The translations under genes were made by a program, and so were the position numbers. Of a DNA stretch of 64,000 nt, positions 1 through 10,290 are shown one piece after another (positions within the stretch are counted from its first letter, which is position 1; each line of letters opens with the position of its first letter). The stretch lies in the IMG/VR virus record IMGVR_UViG_3300045919_000302, positions 64,001 to 128,000 of that record; one strand, given 5' to 3'. Below the pieces are notes generated by a model. It saw only the letters and a list, made by a program, of their open reading frames with translations, had not been told where the DNA came from and ran no database searches. This DNA comes from a virus.

Positions 1-98
1 CTGAGAAGCAAGGTCCGGGAGTTGCGCCGAAGCAAAATCCGCCGCCGTATGGATGCCATTCACGATCTCGTTAAGAAACCTATCAATCGCCTGTTCTT

Positions 99-353
99 TC
101 ATGTGTCTTTCCTTTCGCTGTGCTGCCGCATTGGAGATGCGTCGAGTTTTCGGACGAGTGCTGGGCAAACATCGGCGTAGCTGTTGTAGCCTTCGCTATC
201 CTGGCTCCCGGTGCCTTCCATCTCAATTCGGAGAAAGCCGTCCTGTAAGCGGCGCTTGATGGCACCAATGAAATTCGATCGACCGTAGTAGTTAATTTCA
301 TCCTGGTCGGTGATGGTAAATGCGACACGCTCGCCAACCTTAAAGTTATCCAT
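99..353 (-). CDS. small hypothetical phage protein (SH3/KOW-like 'FKVGERV' start)
   Basis: 84-aa ORF; N-terminal F-x-V-G-[ED]-R-V-A shared with 4963..5160. Confidence 0.55.
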   Translation of the reverse strand: MDNFKVGERVAFTITDQDEINYYGRSNFIGAIKRRLQDGFLRIEMEGTGSQDSEGYNSYADVCPALVRKLDASPMRQHSERKDT

Positions 354-684
354 CTTTCCTCCGCGTCTCCCGACAGGCAGCGCCGCACCACGGGCATTTG
401 TCTTCGATCCAAGAAGGGACGCCGCGATAGGTGAAGACGTTGAGCCGCATAGTCGCGCAGCACGCTTTGGTTTCAGCCCATCTATCAGCGGCTCTTACAA
501 GCCAATGCACTTTCATTTGAATCATCTCCTACGAGGCATGCACGAAAGCGTTGATGAAAAGCAGCACGATGGCGACACACCAAAGCACTTGCGTCTTCCA
601 AAGGAACTTCTGCCCCAGTAGCAACGTTTCCAGTTTTTGATCCGTGGTCATTTCTATCCCCCTCGTTTAATGATGTTTGTCGTG

Positions 685-885
685 TCAGGTCAAAACCAGC
701 TCACTACGGAGCTGTTTATCGTTCTCGAAATAAATGCGTGCACCTTCGCTCAACCGCTTGTCGAGCATCTGATAAGTCCGAAGGGCTTGCTTCATGAGCG
801 CCGTCTTGTTCATGCCTTTGGCTTTAGCGAGCTGCTCCAAGACGGCCATCTCTTTTTCGGTGAGATTCAGCGTAAGCGGTTTCAT
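685..885 (-). CDS. ribbon-helix-helix (CopG/Arc-like) DNA-binding protein
   Basis: LTLNLTEKEMAVLEQLAKAKGMNKTALMKQAL matches the RHH beta-alpha-alpha pattern. Confidence 0.75.
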   Translation of the reverse strand: MKPLTLNLTEKEMAVLEQLAKAKGMNKTALMKQALRTYQMLDKRLSEGARIYFENDKQLRSELVLT

Positions 886-1247
886 TTAGTATCTGCCTTT
901 TCGGACTCGCGCAGGTTGACGCCATTCTTTCCCTCGATTCGGTCTTCCACGGCGCGCTGAAGATCGATAACGCCGCCGGGGAAGGTGTTCGCGAGTCTCA
1001 GCGCGCAGACCACCAAATCGGCGACATACTTGGCGTAGTCGGTACGAAGCGCCGCCGTGTCCGCCACGGCGCAGTCATGGTCCATGTCGTCGGCCAGAGC
1101 GTGCAGTTTTCCAGCCGCCTTAGAGACGTGGTGGAGCGTGTGCGCAAAGTCCTTATGGGTCATCGGAGACGCGCGGAAATCACCGCTGTAGCGGATTGTC
1201 CATGGAAGGTTTGTTTGCAACTCTCGAATCGTAAAGTCCTTAGCCAT
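882..1247 (-). CDS. MazG-like all-alpha NTP pyrophosphohydrolase-fold protein
   Basis: Helical pattern HTLHHVSKAAGKL...KYVADLVVCALRLAN...IDLQRAVEDRIEGKN resembles MazG; the acidic metal ligands look partly degenerate. Confidence 0.5.
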   Translation of the reverse strand: MAKDFTIRELQTNLPWTIRYSGDFRASPMTHKDFAHTLHHVSKAAGKLHALADDMDHDCAVADTAALRTDYAKYVADLVVCALRLANTFPGGVIDLQRAVEDRIEGKNGVNLRESEKADTK

Positions 1248-3299
1248 TATGTTTGTCCCCCTCGGACAATCTCTGACCGAGCGCGGAAGCTTCCGCTTTC
1301 AGCGCAGTCAAGTAGGTCTTGACCTCCAGGACCGCTTCCTGCTTCGCCTTCTCAAGCGTTTTCGCCTCAAGCGGTCTGTTTTCAAGACCAATCAGATAAA
1401 CGCTCACATGCCATTTTCCTGGATTGTCATACCGGCGATGGACAATAATTCTGATACGGCCAAAAGTTCCTTCGGACTCCTCGCCGCGATAGTGGTCACG
1501 CCACTCCGGTTTTTCATCCCTAGCCACGAGCCGTCTCCTCGTCGGATCTCGATTGAAACGGAAGATACACTTTCGGGTATCCGGATTTCCCTAGCTTCCC
1601 GGTTGTCTCCAGTTGGTTCGACGCGAACCCCTTTTTGAAGTGCGCTTCAAGCGCCCCGGATCCTCGACATAGATGACAATCTTTTGTCGGCTCACGGCCA
1701 GCGCACATCAGACAATTAATCACGTCACCGGACTTGAACCGCCTGTCGCCCTGTTGAATTGCTGCGGATGCGATATCCGCCCCGGCTTCGCCCATCGTGG
1801 TCTGAATGTAGTGCGCAAGACAGCGGACCAACTCTCTCAGACCGAATGGCTGGTCAGACGTCACGGTGATCGTGACTTTCTTTTTGTCCTTACTTGGAGC
1901 GCAATCGAGATCGAACTTTGCATTGGTCATAAGTTACTCTTCTCTCTATCTCTCAGGTAAGCGGCGGGCCGGCTTACCATGTCGCCGACCTGCATACGTT
2001 CAGGCGTCCCGGTTGATTCCGATCCGCCCGCCGCCCAAATGCCCAGGATCGCCGGAGCGTCGTGCCACCGCTTCTGTATGTCCCTCGGGTCATGACTCCT
2101 CCGGGTGGGTAGTGGCGTCCCAATCCTCAACTTGCAACTTGCAAGTTGTCGTTACGCATCAAGTCAACTTCCAAGCGCCGCCGCGAACATCCGCCGCCAC
2201 GCCTTCGTACCAGTAGCGCCGCTCGGCTTGGCAGGCCGGGTGCCGGCTGAGTCCCTCCATCCAGGCCGCAATCTTCTCGGCGGTGTCGTTCTGGTTGAAC
2301 TCTTTCACCCTGGCGTTGAGCCAATTGACGACCATCTGGCGATCCAGGTTACAGACCTCAGGCCACCTAAGGCCCCGCATCACCGCATAGGCTTCGAGTG
2401 GATCCAGGCCGCCGCGCTCGTTGAGGCGCTCCAGGGATTGGCCGTGATTCCTTTCCGCCGCTGCCTCGAAAGGAGCGATTAGATCCCAAGGGATCTGCCC
2501 GGGGCTATCAACCACTCCCTTGAGTGACATGATCTTAAACATTCTCATCTGTGGGCCCCCTGCCTACGAGCGCTGATAGATCCATCTGACGAAGGCTCTC
2601 GGCTGCGGATCTTGCCGCTGACTCCTGGTCTTCGTTCAGTCTGATCTGGAGCATCAACCCCTCAATCACACCGATCGCATATCCCAGCTGACTTGCATAT
2701 TTCGCCAAGAGGACATGGGCCCCCGGCTCTCTACCACCCACATTCTTTTGCATCTCTCTTGGGTAACTTGCCCGTTACGTTTTGTCAACGTAGTGAGGCT
2801 TGGGTTCGATCCAGATCGGATCCACCACGCGCTCTTGCAGGCCCTCGGGTCTTTTGACTGCAATGCGGACTTTGATCTTACCGGTCTTCGATGGGCCGAG
2901 ATAAATCGCGTCCCTCTTTCTTCGGTTGGAAGAGGAACCCTTTACGGATTCAAAGTAAATCACTTCTTGGTTTTCTTGATAGGCCATTTCACTCCCCCGC
3001 GCTTCAGCGCCTTTCCACACTTGATGCAGTCAACTCTCCAGATCTCACCGATGAAGCTCGCGTCCGTATAGAGAGTGATGAAGAAGTCACCGGCTGCCAT
3101 CGGTCGCCTCGAAGCGCTTCTTAATCCATTCGTAGATTGCCAGCATCTCGGTGCGGTTGATGGTGTTGCCCCAGCCAGCGCCGCCGGCATACCCGATCAT
3201 CTTGAAAACCCGCCGCTTCATCTCTCCCATTGAAAGAGGATGCTCTGATCGGCCGCAATGCTTGCACGGATCTTCAGCGCTCGTTTCCGGCTCGCCCAC
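1240..3299 (-). CDS. run of small coupled hypothetical phage genes (1240..1527, 1520..1930 with CxxC/CxxCxGxG zinc finger, 2159..2548, 2535..2753, ~2775..2987, 3087..3299)
   Basis: Overlapping stop/start junctions, upstream GGAG/GAGG motifs, consistent strand. Confidence 0.6.
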
Positions 3300-3302
3300 G
3301 GG

Positions 3303-3782
3303 CTACCCCAAAGCCCTGCTCGCGGTCCGAGCCATGGGGCCGCCCGTCGATCTCTTCCCGACCGGCTGCTTTTTGGCCTTGATCACTTCGAGCCGGGGGC
3401 CGTCAATCCAGACGCCGTTCTGCCACTCGCCGTCCTTGTTGAGCCCGAGCTGAAGCAGGAACCGAACGCACCCGTTAAAGTGGGTGGCCCTGCCGGCGAC
3501 CACACCCTTGGCCCCGGAGATCGGATCCCTGGCCTCGTCCCCGAGATCGACGCTGATCTCCTCGGGCTCGCTCAGGGCCGGCACGACCTTCCCCTTCTTG
3601 GTGATCTTAAGAGCGGGCTCATCGATATCGTAGGACTCAGGCACCTTTCCGTCCGACCCCACTGGGGGCTGGACACTGACGCGCCGGCAGCCGTGCAGGT
3701 ACTCGGAAATCGCAATCGCGACTCCCCGGAACCCGGTCACGACACATTGAACTTCATCCCCCAACTGAACTTGCTTTTCCAT
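3303..3782 (-). CDS. hypothetical protein with internal tandem duplication of an SH3-like domain
   Basis: LGDEVQCVVTGFRGVAIAISEYLHGCRRVSVQP versus LGDEARDPISGAKGVVAGRATHFNGCVRFLLQ. Confidence 0.75.
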   Translation of the reverse strand: MEKQVQLGDEVQCVVTGFRGVAIAISEYLHGCRRVSVQPPVGSDGKVPESYDIDEPALKITKKGKVVPALSEPEEISVDLGDEARDPISGAKGVVAGRATHFNGCVRFLLQLGLNKDGEWQNGVWIDGPRLEVIKAKKQPVGKRSTGGPMARTASRALG

Positions 3783-3894
3783 AATTCCCCCTGCTGGCCC
3801 GCCTGGGCTCAGTTGTTATAACGGAGGTTCCGGAATAAAAACGGAACCCCTGTAATAGGCCGCGATCTGTATGATCCGGCCGATATACATTTCG

Positions 3895-6647
3895 TCAGAC
3901 CTTTTGTCCACGGAGAGTATCGATCTCCGCCTGGAGATGGTCCGCCTTGCATCTGAGATCCTCGGAGATCGCAAGCTGCTCTGTGAGCGCCTTCTCCAGA
4001 TCGTCGCACTTCTTCTCCCAGTTCTGCCTGATCGTCCTGGCCAGAATATTCTCTGGGGCCTCGGGCAGCTCGATGTGGCCCGGGACTGGGTAACCCAAGT
4101 TGCCTACCAGCGACAGAACCTCAGGCTCGCGGGGCGTATATGAATATTCAGCCAGACCTTCTTCCAATATTGCTGACAAAATATTGCACTGACTTCTTGA
4201 GCTTCTCCAGCTCTTCGGGATAGGTCGCGTAGTACTCGTCTATCTCGGCCTTAGTCTTTTTGCCGCGACACTCGCCGCACTTCTTGGGCTCCCAGTCCCA
4301 GCTGCCGGCGCGAAAGACCTGATGATCCTTGCCGCACTCGGGGCACTTCTCGGCACCAGACCACGGGCCACCAATGGGCTGGCAACAATCGCAATGACGA
4401 TCACACCCCACTCGGCTCGCCCTTCCGCTTGAACGGGAGGACCTGCGCGGTTCGCTCGGCGGGCCTCGGGGCCAGGACGGGGCTCTCAGTCACGTAACCC
4501 TCTTCGTTCCGCCGCTGGAACTCCCTGGAGTAGTTCATCTCGTTGCAGTTGTTCGGGCAGCGCTTCAGGATCGGCGTGTACCTTCCGCCCGTGGCGATGT
4601 AGCACTCGATGAACCCACAGCCGTCCTCGCACCCGTCACACATCTTGAACACGGCCACCCCTCCGCGATTATGTAATTTTGCATAAAAAAATTACGTAAC
4701 TTTATGTAAAACTACATCAACAGCCCAAACTCCTCAAGCATCCCCTGAGCAAACGCCAGAGACTTCTTCAGGTGCTCGATCTCGCGCAGAGCGGCGTCCA
4801 GGCGGGCCTTCGGGACGACCTCAATGATCTCGTTGATCTCCGGCACTGGGCCGTCGCAGGTGGCGATCGTAATCCGGGTCTGATCGCCAACGCCTTGGTC
4901 CCAGCCTTTGATGCTCCATTCGCGGGAGTCGGTGACCCGTGGGGGCGTGAGCTTAGGCCCTGTCATGACTTCTTCCTCAGCCTGCGGCACTGGGTGCTTC
5001 CCACTAAGACGTTGCCTCGATTCTTATCCAAGGCGACACGCACGGCCGGTCCGTCGATCCCTCGGACCTCGCCGCGAAACCCATTGCAGAAGATCCCACT
5101 GGCGTCGTAACCATGCACCGCCACGCGGTCGCCTACAGCGAAGGGCTTAGGTCTCATCACGCGAACCTCCGGGTGGCCATGGCCAGGCGGTGCCGCTCGT
5201 CGTGCTTGCCAGCGTAATGCTCCCGGGCCCAGCGGATCTCGGACTGGAGATCGTCGATATGTTCGAGCAGGGCCTTGACCTCATAAGCGGCGTAGAGGTT
5301 CGCGTCCGTCAGCCCGCCTATCCCGGCAATCCTTTCTCGAACAACTTTGACTGTCTTCTGTCTCTCATTGATCATATCCGCTTCCTCACTTCATCCCCCT
5401 CAACACCCAGAGCATTCCCTCGAACGACCCGTAGGCCACGGCCGCGCAGAAGCTCAGGATCAGAAACTTAAGGGCCTTCTCTCTCATGGGGTCCTCTTGA
5501 AGTCTTCGATAATCTCTCGATCGATCTGACGCGCACGATCTCTCATCAATTTCGCCACAGACCTATCAAGACGCTCCTCAAACAAATCAATATTGATCGC
5601 CGTGCAATAGTAACAACTCTTATCATAGTGGCACTCCATGTCATGGAAGGTGACGTGCTGACGATCGCTAGACGCAGGCGATCCTTCCCAGAAGATGTGC
5701 TCGATTTCAAGGTCGCTCATCTGGAGGTAGCGCTCCAATCCCACCCGTGGAATTACCACGGAGTGGATCCCGTCCTTCCATCCCACAGGGACGGGTGTGA
5801 ATCTGATCAGCCAGTCTCGTTTGCGAAGCATTGTCTCATCCTCCATCCTTCTGCATAGACTTACTCAGTTCTCGCCACTGGCTGCTCCTCATGCTGAGCC
5901 CACACTTTATGCAGGTCTTGGTCTCATCCAGAAAGCTATCCATATGTAATCGGAAAAATCCGTCATGGGGGCACGCGACTACCGCCGGAGTCCCGACTGG
6001 GCCACAACAGCAGGGGTCCTTATCTGAACTCTCTTTCACAGACTCTTCCTCACCGAGACTGAAATCTCCGCTCCGCAGCTCTGGCAAACAACTTCGACCA
6101 CCGTCTTGGCCGGCGTAACGGTGGAGCCAAGAACAAGGCCATCGACCTCGACCGCTGGCTCCTCTCTCCATTCGACGGCAGTCAGCCACGGGCTCCCGCA
6201 AACGTAGCAGATCAAGGTGTGGATCAACTTAAGCTTGCTCACTTGGGTCCTTTCCTCCTGAGGGCTTCTTCCTTCGGCTTGAATCTTCCCTTCGCGTTCC
6301 CCTTCCATCGATACTGGGTGCAGAGGGTACAGCGAACGGTGCGCTTGCTATTCTTTTTTCTCTTCGCCATAGAACTCCACCGCCTGACAATAATTGGTTA
6401 CGGCCTGGATCCGAAGGCCGCCGCGTTCATCGATGCAATAGAGCATCGGTGCGGACGACACGGACAGGGCGATCTTCGCCTGGGCCAGAGAAAAAACGAT
6501 ACCCTTCCGGCTCGTTGGCATCCCACAGAAGTGTGACCAAACGATCGCAGGCTCGGTATAGGTGGCTTTAGCCTCCACTCCCTTGTCTCGAACTTTCACC
6601 TCAATCGTGATCTCAGGTTCCGATCGATGCAGACTCATTCGGCACAT
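3895..6647 (-). CDS. run of small hypothetical phage genes, several Cys-rich/zinc-ribbon (3895..4179, 4148..4411, 4401..4658, 4712..4990, 4963..5160, 5157..5375, 5484..5846, 6036..6242, 6348..6647)
   Basis: Tightly packed ORFs with coupled junctions; CxxC pairs in 4148..4411, 4401..4658 and 6036..6242. Confidence 0.6.
4669..4709. promoter_or_regulatory. AT-rich operator/promoter with four TTAYGYAA-like octamers
   Basis: TTATGTAA 4669, TTGCATAA 4679, TTACGTAA 4692, TTATGTAA 4702, upstream of 4401..4658. Confidence 0.6.
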
Positions 6648-7386
6648 CCTTCACTTCTCTCTTGGCAGCGGCCTCCATAACCTTCTGCTGCTGCTCGGGA
6701 CTCATTCGGCCGTACATCGTCGCTAAATTTTCTGCGAACCTTACGAGCCGGGCTCTCGACTGAGGGTCGGCCATGACTTCGTTCATCTGGGGCTTTGAAT
6801 AGAGCTGGCTCCAGTTCACGTCTTTGCTCTTGGCCATTTGCTCCATGGCTTCGCCCGCCTGAGCATTTGTCACGCCCATCATCTTCATGAGGTCGGCCAT
6901 CTGCCGGAGCAGCTCGCGGGCTTCGGAGAAGTTCTTCTCCCCGCCGGTCAGGAGAAATCCGATCCCCTCCTCGCGCTTCATCAAGATCTCGATACGCTTC
7001 TTCTGGAGATCGAAGAGGTATTTGCACTCGGCCACCAGATCAACCTGAGCCTCGACCTTCTTTTTGGTCTCGACATAATGGTTCGGGTTCATCCGGGCCA
7101 TCATCAAGCCCTTGGGGAGTGTGGCCTTGAAGTGCTCGACCATCTGCCGGACGCTCTCCAGCTTCAGATCTGTCAGCTCGTTCAGTGACTGGATGTGGCG
7201 GGCGACCTCAACCCCGGGCATTCCACCGATCAGCATGGCCCGGACCGTCTCAAAGCAGTTCAGCGCTCGGATCCGGGCAACAAAGCTCTTGCTGACCCAA
7301 GACGGAAAGCCAACGTAGGGCGAGCAAGGAAGGTCCGCCTTGGTCTCAATGCTGGCTGACACGCCTACCGTGACGCTGAATTCCAT
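6613..7386 (-). CDS. helical hypothetical protein, possible DNA-binding or terminase-small-subunit-like
   Basis: 257-aa ORF with good codon bias; HTH-like N-terminal half and coiled-coil; function unconfirmed. Confidence 0.6.
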   Translation of the reverse strand: MEFSVTVGVSASIETKADLPCSPYVGFPSWVSKSFVARIRALNCFETVRAMLIGGMPGVEVARHIQSLNELTDLKLESVRQMVEHFKATLPKGLMMARMNPNHYVETKKKVEAQVDLVAECKYLFDLQKKRIEILMKREEGIGFLLTGGEKNFSEARELLRQMADLMKMMGVTNAQAGEAMEQMAKSKDVNWSQLYSKPQMNEVMADPQSRARLVRFAENLATMYGRMSPEQQQKVMEAAAKREVKDVPNESASIGT

Positions 7387-7549
7387 TCTCTAAAACCCCA
7401 TAACAGCTCGTTACAACCTAGACCTACAAAATGATACACGCTTTGTAAAGCGTCACAAAATCCTTTGAGATTGAGTGATTAAATCGGGCGGCCTCGCTCA
7501 TGACAAATAGTGTTGACCAAGTAGTACCTGACTTGATAGGTATAGCTAC

Positions 7550-7680
7550 AGATGGATCGGGGAATCCCCTTTTGAACTCTCCGGTCCATCTACTCTGACC
7601 AAGGTCCTCGGGGCTTCCTCCTGGGCCCGGTCGAGACAACAAACACCGGTCCATCCGCTTACTCCAAGGCCAGCGGGTGG
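7550..7680 (+). ncRNA. candidate structured RNA leader (three hairpins)
   Basis: AGATGGATCGGGGA(7550)/TCTCCGGTCCATCT(7578) 14-bp stem with G-U pairs; CCATCCGCT(7651)/AGCGGGTGG(7672) stem; a GC-rich stem between them. Confidence 0.35.
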
Positions 7681-7715
7681 GATCAAAACCGTAAGGGCCT
7701 TTCAAGGAGTCCGAC

Positions 7716-8219
7716 ATGTCCTCGTCCATTAGCAATCTCTTGTCTCGTTGTAAGACCATCCCCACCCTGCAAGCTGCCCTAGTCGAACAGGCTAAAGACC
7801 CAAGCTGGTCTTTGGATCTGGAGGGGGAGCTTTGGATCCGGTGGGGCCGGGGGCGCATTGGCGCACGGCTCCTGGAAATCACCGTGCTCGTGGTGGGCAA
7901 TGCCACCTACGGGGAAACCTCGGCGTTCCAGGCGGTGCAGGATGCCGCACGTGGGGCCTCTCACAACTGGATGTTCCATCTCCTGAACCGGTTCTCGGAT
8001 CTCTGCTTGGAGAACGGCTGGCCTTTCTACGGTGCGTGTATCGTGGACCAGGCTGGCAACATCCCGGCGGGCTTCAGTAAGTGGTACGTGAAGAACGTGC
8101 CCGTATTGCAGCACAGACCCCTGAAGGATCTCCAGGCCGAATGCCTCACCAGTGCCCCGCCGACCGCTCACGAAATGGGACTCGCGATATCGAAGTACAT
8201 CTATAAAAATAAGCTGTAA
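7716..8219 (+). CDS. hypothetical protein, possible ATL/MGMT-like DNA-binding fold
   Basis: SD AAGGAG upstream; TYGE...C...G.P...IVDQAG..PAGF pattern. Confidence 0.55.
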   Translation: MSSSISNLLSRCKTIPTLQAALVEQAKDPSWSLDLEGELWIRWGRGRIGARLLEITVLVVGNATYGETSAFQAVQDAARGASHNWMFHLLNRFSDLCLENGWPFYGACIVDQAGNIPAGFSKWYVKNVPVLQHRPLKDLQAECLTSAPPTAHEMGLAISKYIYKNKL

Positions 8220-8458
8220 GCACAGGGGCTTGTTTGTTGAGATATAACGCTATCCCACTAGCGTGCCCTGTCTTGACAATTTGTTTGACAACTTGTCTTT
8301 TGAGGACGATATGTGCCTCACGTAGTGACCTGAGACCCCACCCATCCTCTCGACTCTCTCAACTTAGAGATACGCAATACTCTGAGCTGAGGGGGTGGGG
8401 AGGGGCCTCTAACGCAGTGCATAACTAAGGACAACACCTTTGGTTATTGGGGGAACGC

Positions 8459-8872
8459 ATGAGAGAGATCTTAGTCATCGACGACGACTCGTCCATCTTA
8501 GAGGTCCTTATGGTCGCGCTCCAGACGGAAGGCTTCACAGTTATCGGAGCCTCATCTGGACAAGAAGCGCTCGATCTTGTTGCTCGGGGGCTCAGTCCGG
8601 CCCTGGTCTTCTGCGATCTCATCATGTCCGAAATGAGTGGGGGCCAATTCCTCTCCGAGTTTTTCAAACTCCGAGGTCACAATGTCCCAGTCGTGCTGAT
8701 GTCAGCCGTATCGTTTAAGCCACAGATCCCGGGCGTCACTCATCTCATCCAAAAGCCGTTCGATCTTGAAACTGTCTGCCAGATCGCCGCCACCTACTGC
8801 CCCAAGATCCCGACCGCGCTTATGGGTCTCAGTAAAAAGACCACCCAAGCCTGGATCGAAGAGGTGTCATAA
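8459..8872 (+). CDS. single-domain response regulator (CheY-like receiver)
   Basis: ILVIDDD acidic pocket, VFCDLIM phosphoacceptor Asp, VVLMSA, QKPF. Confidence 0.92.
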   Translation: MREILVIDDDSSILEVLMVALQTEGFTVIGASSGQEALDLVARGLSPALVFCDLIMSEMSGGQFLSEFFKLRGHNVPVVLMSAVSFKPQIPGVTHLIQKPFDLETVCQIAATYCPKIPTALMGLSKKTTQAWIEEVS

Positions 8873-8918
8873 CTTACGGGCGACCAGATCCTGGCGGGCG
8901 TAAGTTACTGGACTACTT

Positions 8919-9163
8919 TCACTTGACGTGCGTATCGGTCATGTCTTCGATGGCACTTCTCACCGACAGGGCCCCAGGTTGTGGAACCTTGTCGATGAAC
9001 CCCCGCAATTCGATGTCATGGCAGATTTGAATGTCCCGCTCCCGCTGCCACGCGGCCCCGGCGAGGAATGCGCCCTTTATCGATGCCCACCCCCCCCCCC
9101 CTCCCATTCCGCGAAGTCGGTATTGTCCGCGTGCTCCTTCGCCGCTTTCTCAACTTCCTTCAT
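8919..9163 (-). pseudogene. small phage protein split by a G12 homopolymer frameshift
   Basis: MKEVEKAAKEHA... (ATG 9163, SD AGGAG) stops after the tract; the ...AFLAGAAWQRE half continues in another frame. Confidence 0.6.
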
Positions 9164-9537
9164 TTCCATCTCCTGTGTGAGTCCGTTGGGGCGACGCCGC
9201 CCGAACGACTTCGCGCGCGGCTTCCAGCAGGTAGGGCTCCCGGTCGCCGGGCTTCCAATCGAGTCCGTTGCACGCGCTGATGGCGTGACTCAGATTTTCA
9301 ATGGCCTTCTCAACTTCCGTCATTGTTACCTCCATTTAGTTCCGACCCATCAGCGGCCTCGACTTCTTCCATTGCGTCGCAATACCAGCAGAGTTTGGAG
9401 CCCGGATCAGGCTTGTAAGGACAATCACAGTCCTTGCATTCGCACTTAGGGCATATGGTCGCCGTTCCTGTCCACTGCGTCCCGCAATGGGTGCATTGGC
9501 GGTAACCCTTTCTGATTTTGGTTTTCTTCTTTTTCAT
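9150..9537 (-). CDS. two small hypothetical proteins (9150..9335; Cys-rich 9310..9537)
   Basis: Coupled ORFs; multiple CxxC in the second. Confidence 0.55.
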
Positions 9538-9916
9538 CTTCTTGTCCTACGAGTAGTTAAAGCGGCTGGCTCTCGCTTAATCGCCATTTACCTGGCCTGT
9601 GTTCCTTTCCGGGGCTCCGTACTCAGTATCCCTTCCAGGCACCGCTGTTTTGCGTGTCAGGTCTATTTGTTCCGCCAGTAAACCACCATCAAGACAGCGA
9701 CGATTACTGGCAGAAATATTCCGACTAGGGTCAGCACTTCATCTCCTTTCACGCACGTCTGAGTGCGTACCAATGTTTCCAAAACCAGCCGAGTTTCCCA
9801 TTCAACCGATTAAATTTCTTCCAGTCCACTTTCGGGTTGTGGACGCAATGAACGGTCCAGCAATCGCACGCTCTGAGCAGCATCATCGAGGCGGTTCCTT
9901 TTCGGACTTCCATCGC

Positions 9917-10290
9917 TCACCCATCAAAACACCCACACGGCATTTCCGGGACCGGCTCCTCTTCCACCTTGCGCGCATCAATCGGCACGCTCGCCCAGGA
10001 GAACCGGCGACCAAGCCCGGCGATGCTGATGTTGGGAATCGCTTTCGCTTCCATGGCAATGGCCCGGGCGTAAAGCTCTGGGTGTTCCTTCTGAAGCGCC
10101 GAGACTTCCCATTTCTTCGATGAGGGGCAATGAAAACATGAGGACTTACCGGGCTGGCGGAGCCCCGCGCGCCGGATCGCGGCCATGCAATCGTCCCTGT
10201 CGCAGTCCCACTCGATCAAGGGGTAGCGAACGAAATACTTATCGTCGTTGAAGTTCTTGGCCCGCTGAGGCTCGCCAGCGTCGCGTCTCC
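9917..10290 (-). pseudogene. C-terminal remnant of a PAPS-reductase/PP-loop family gene
   Basis: DAGEPQR..YPLIEW...DRDDC...KSSCFHCP parallels the C-terminus of 17760..18728; no SGGxDS N-terminal half. Confidence 0.7.
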
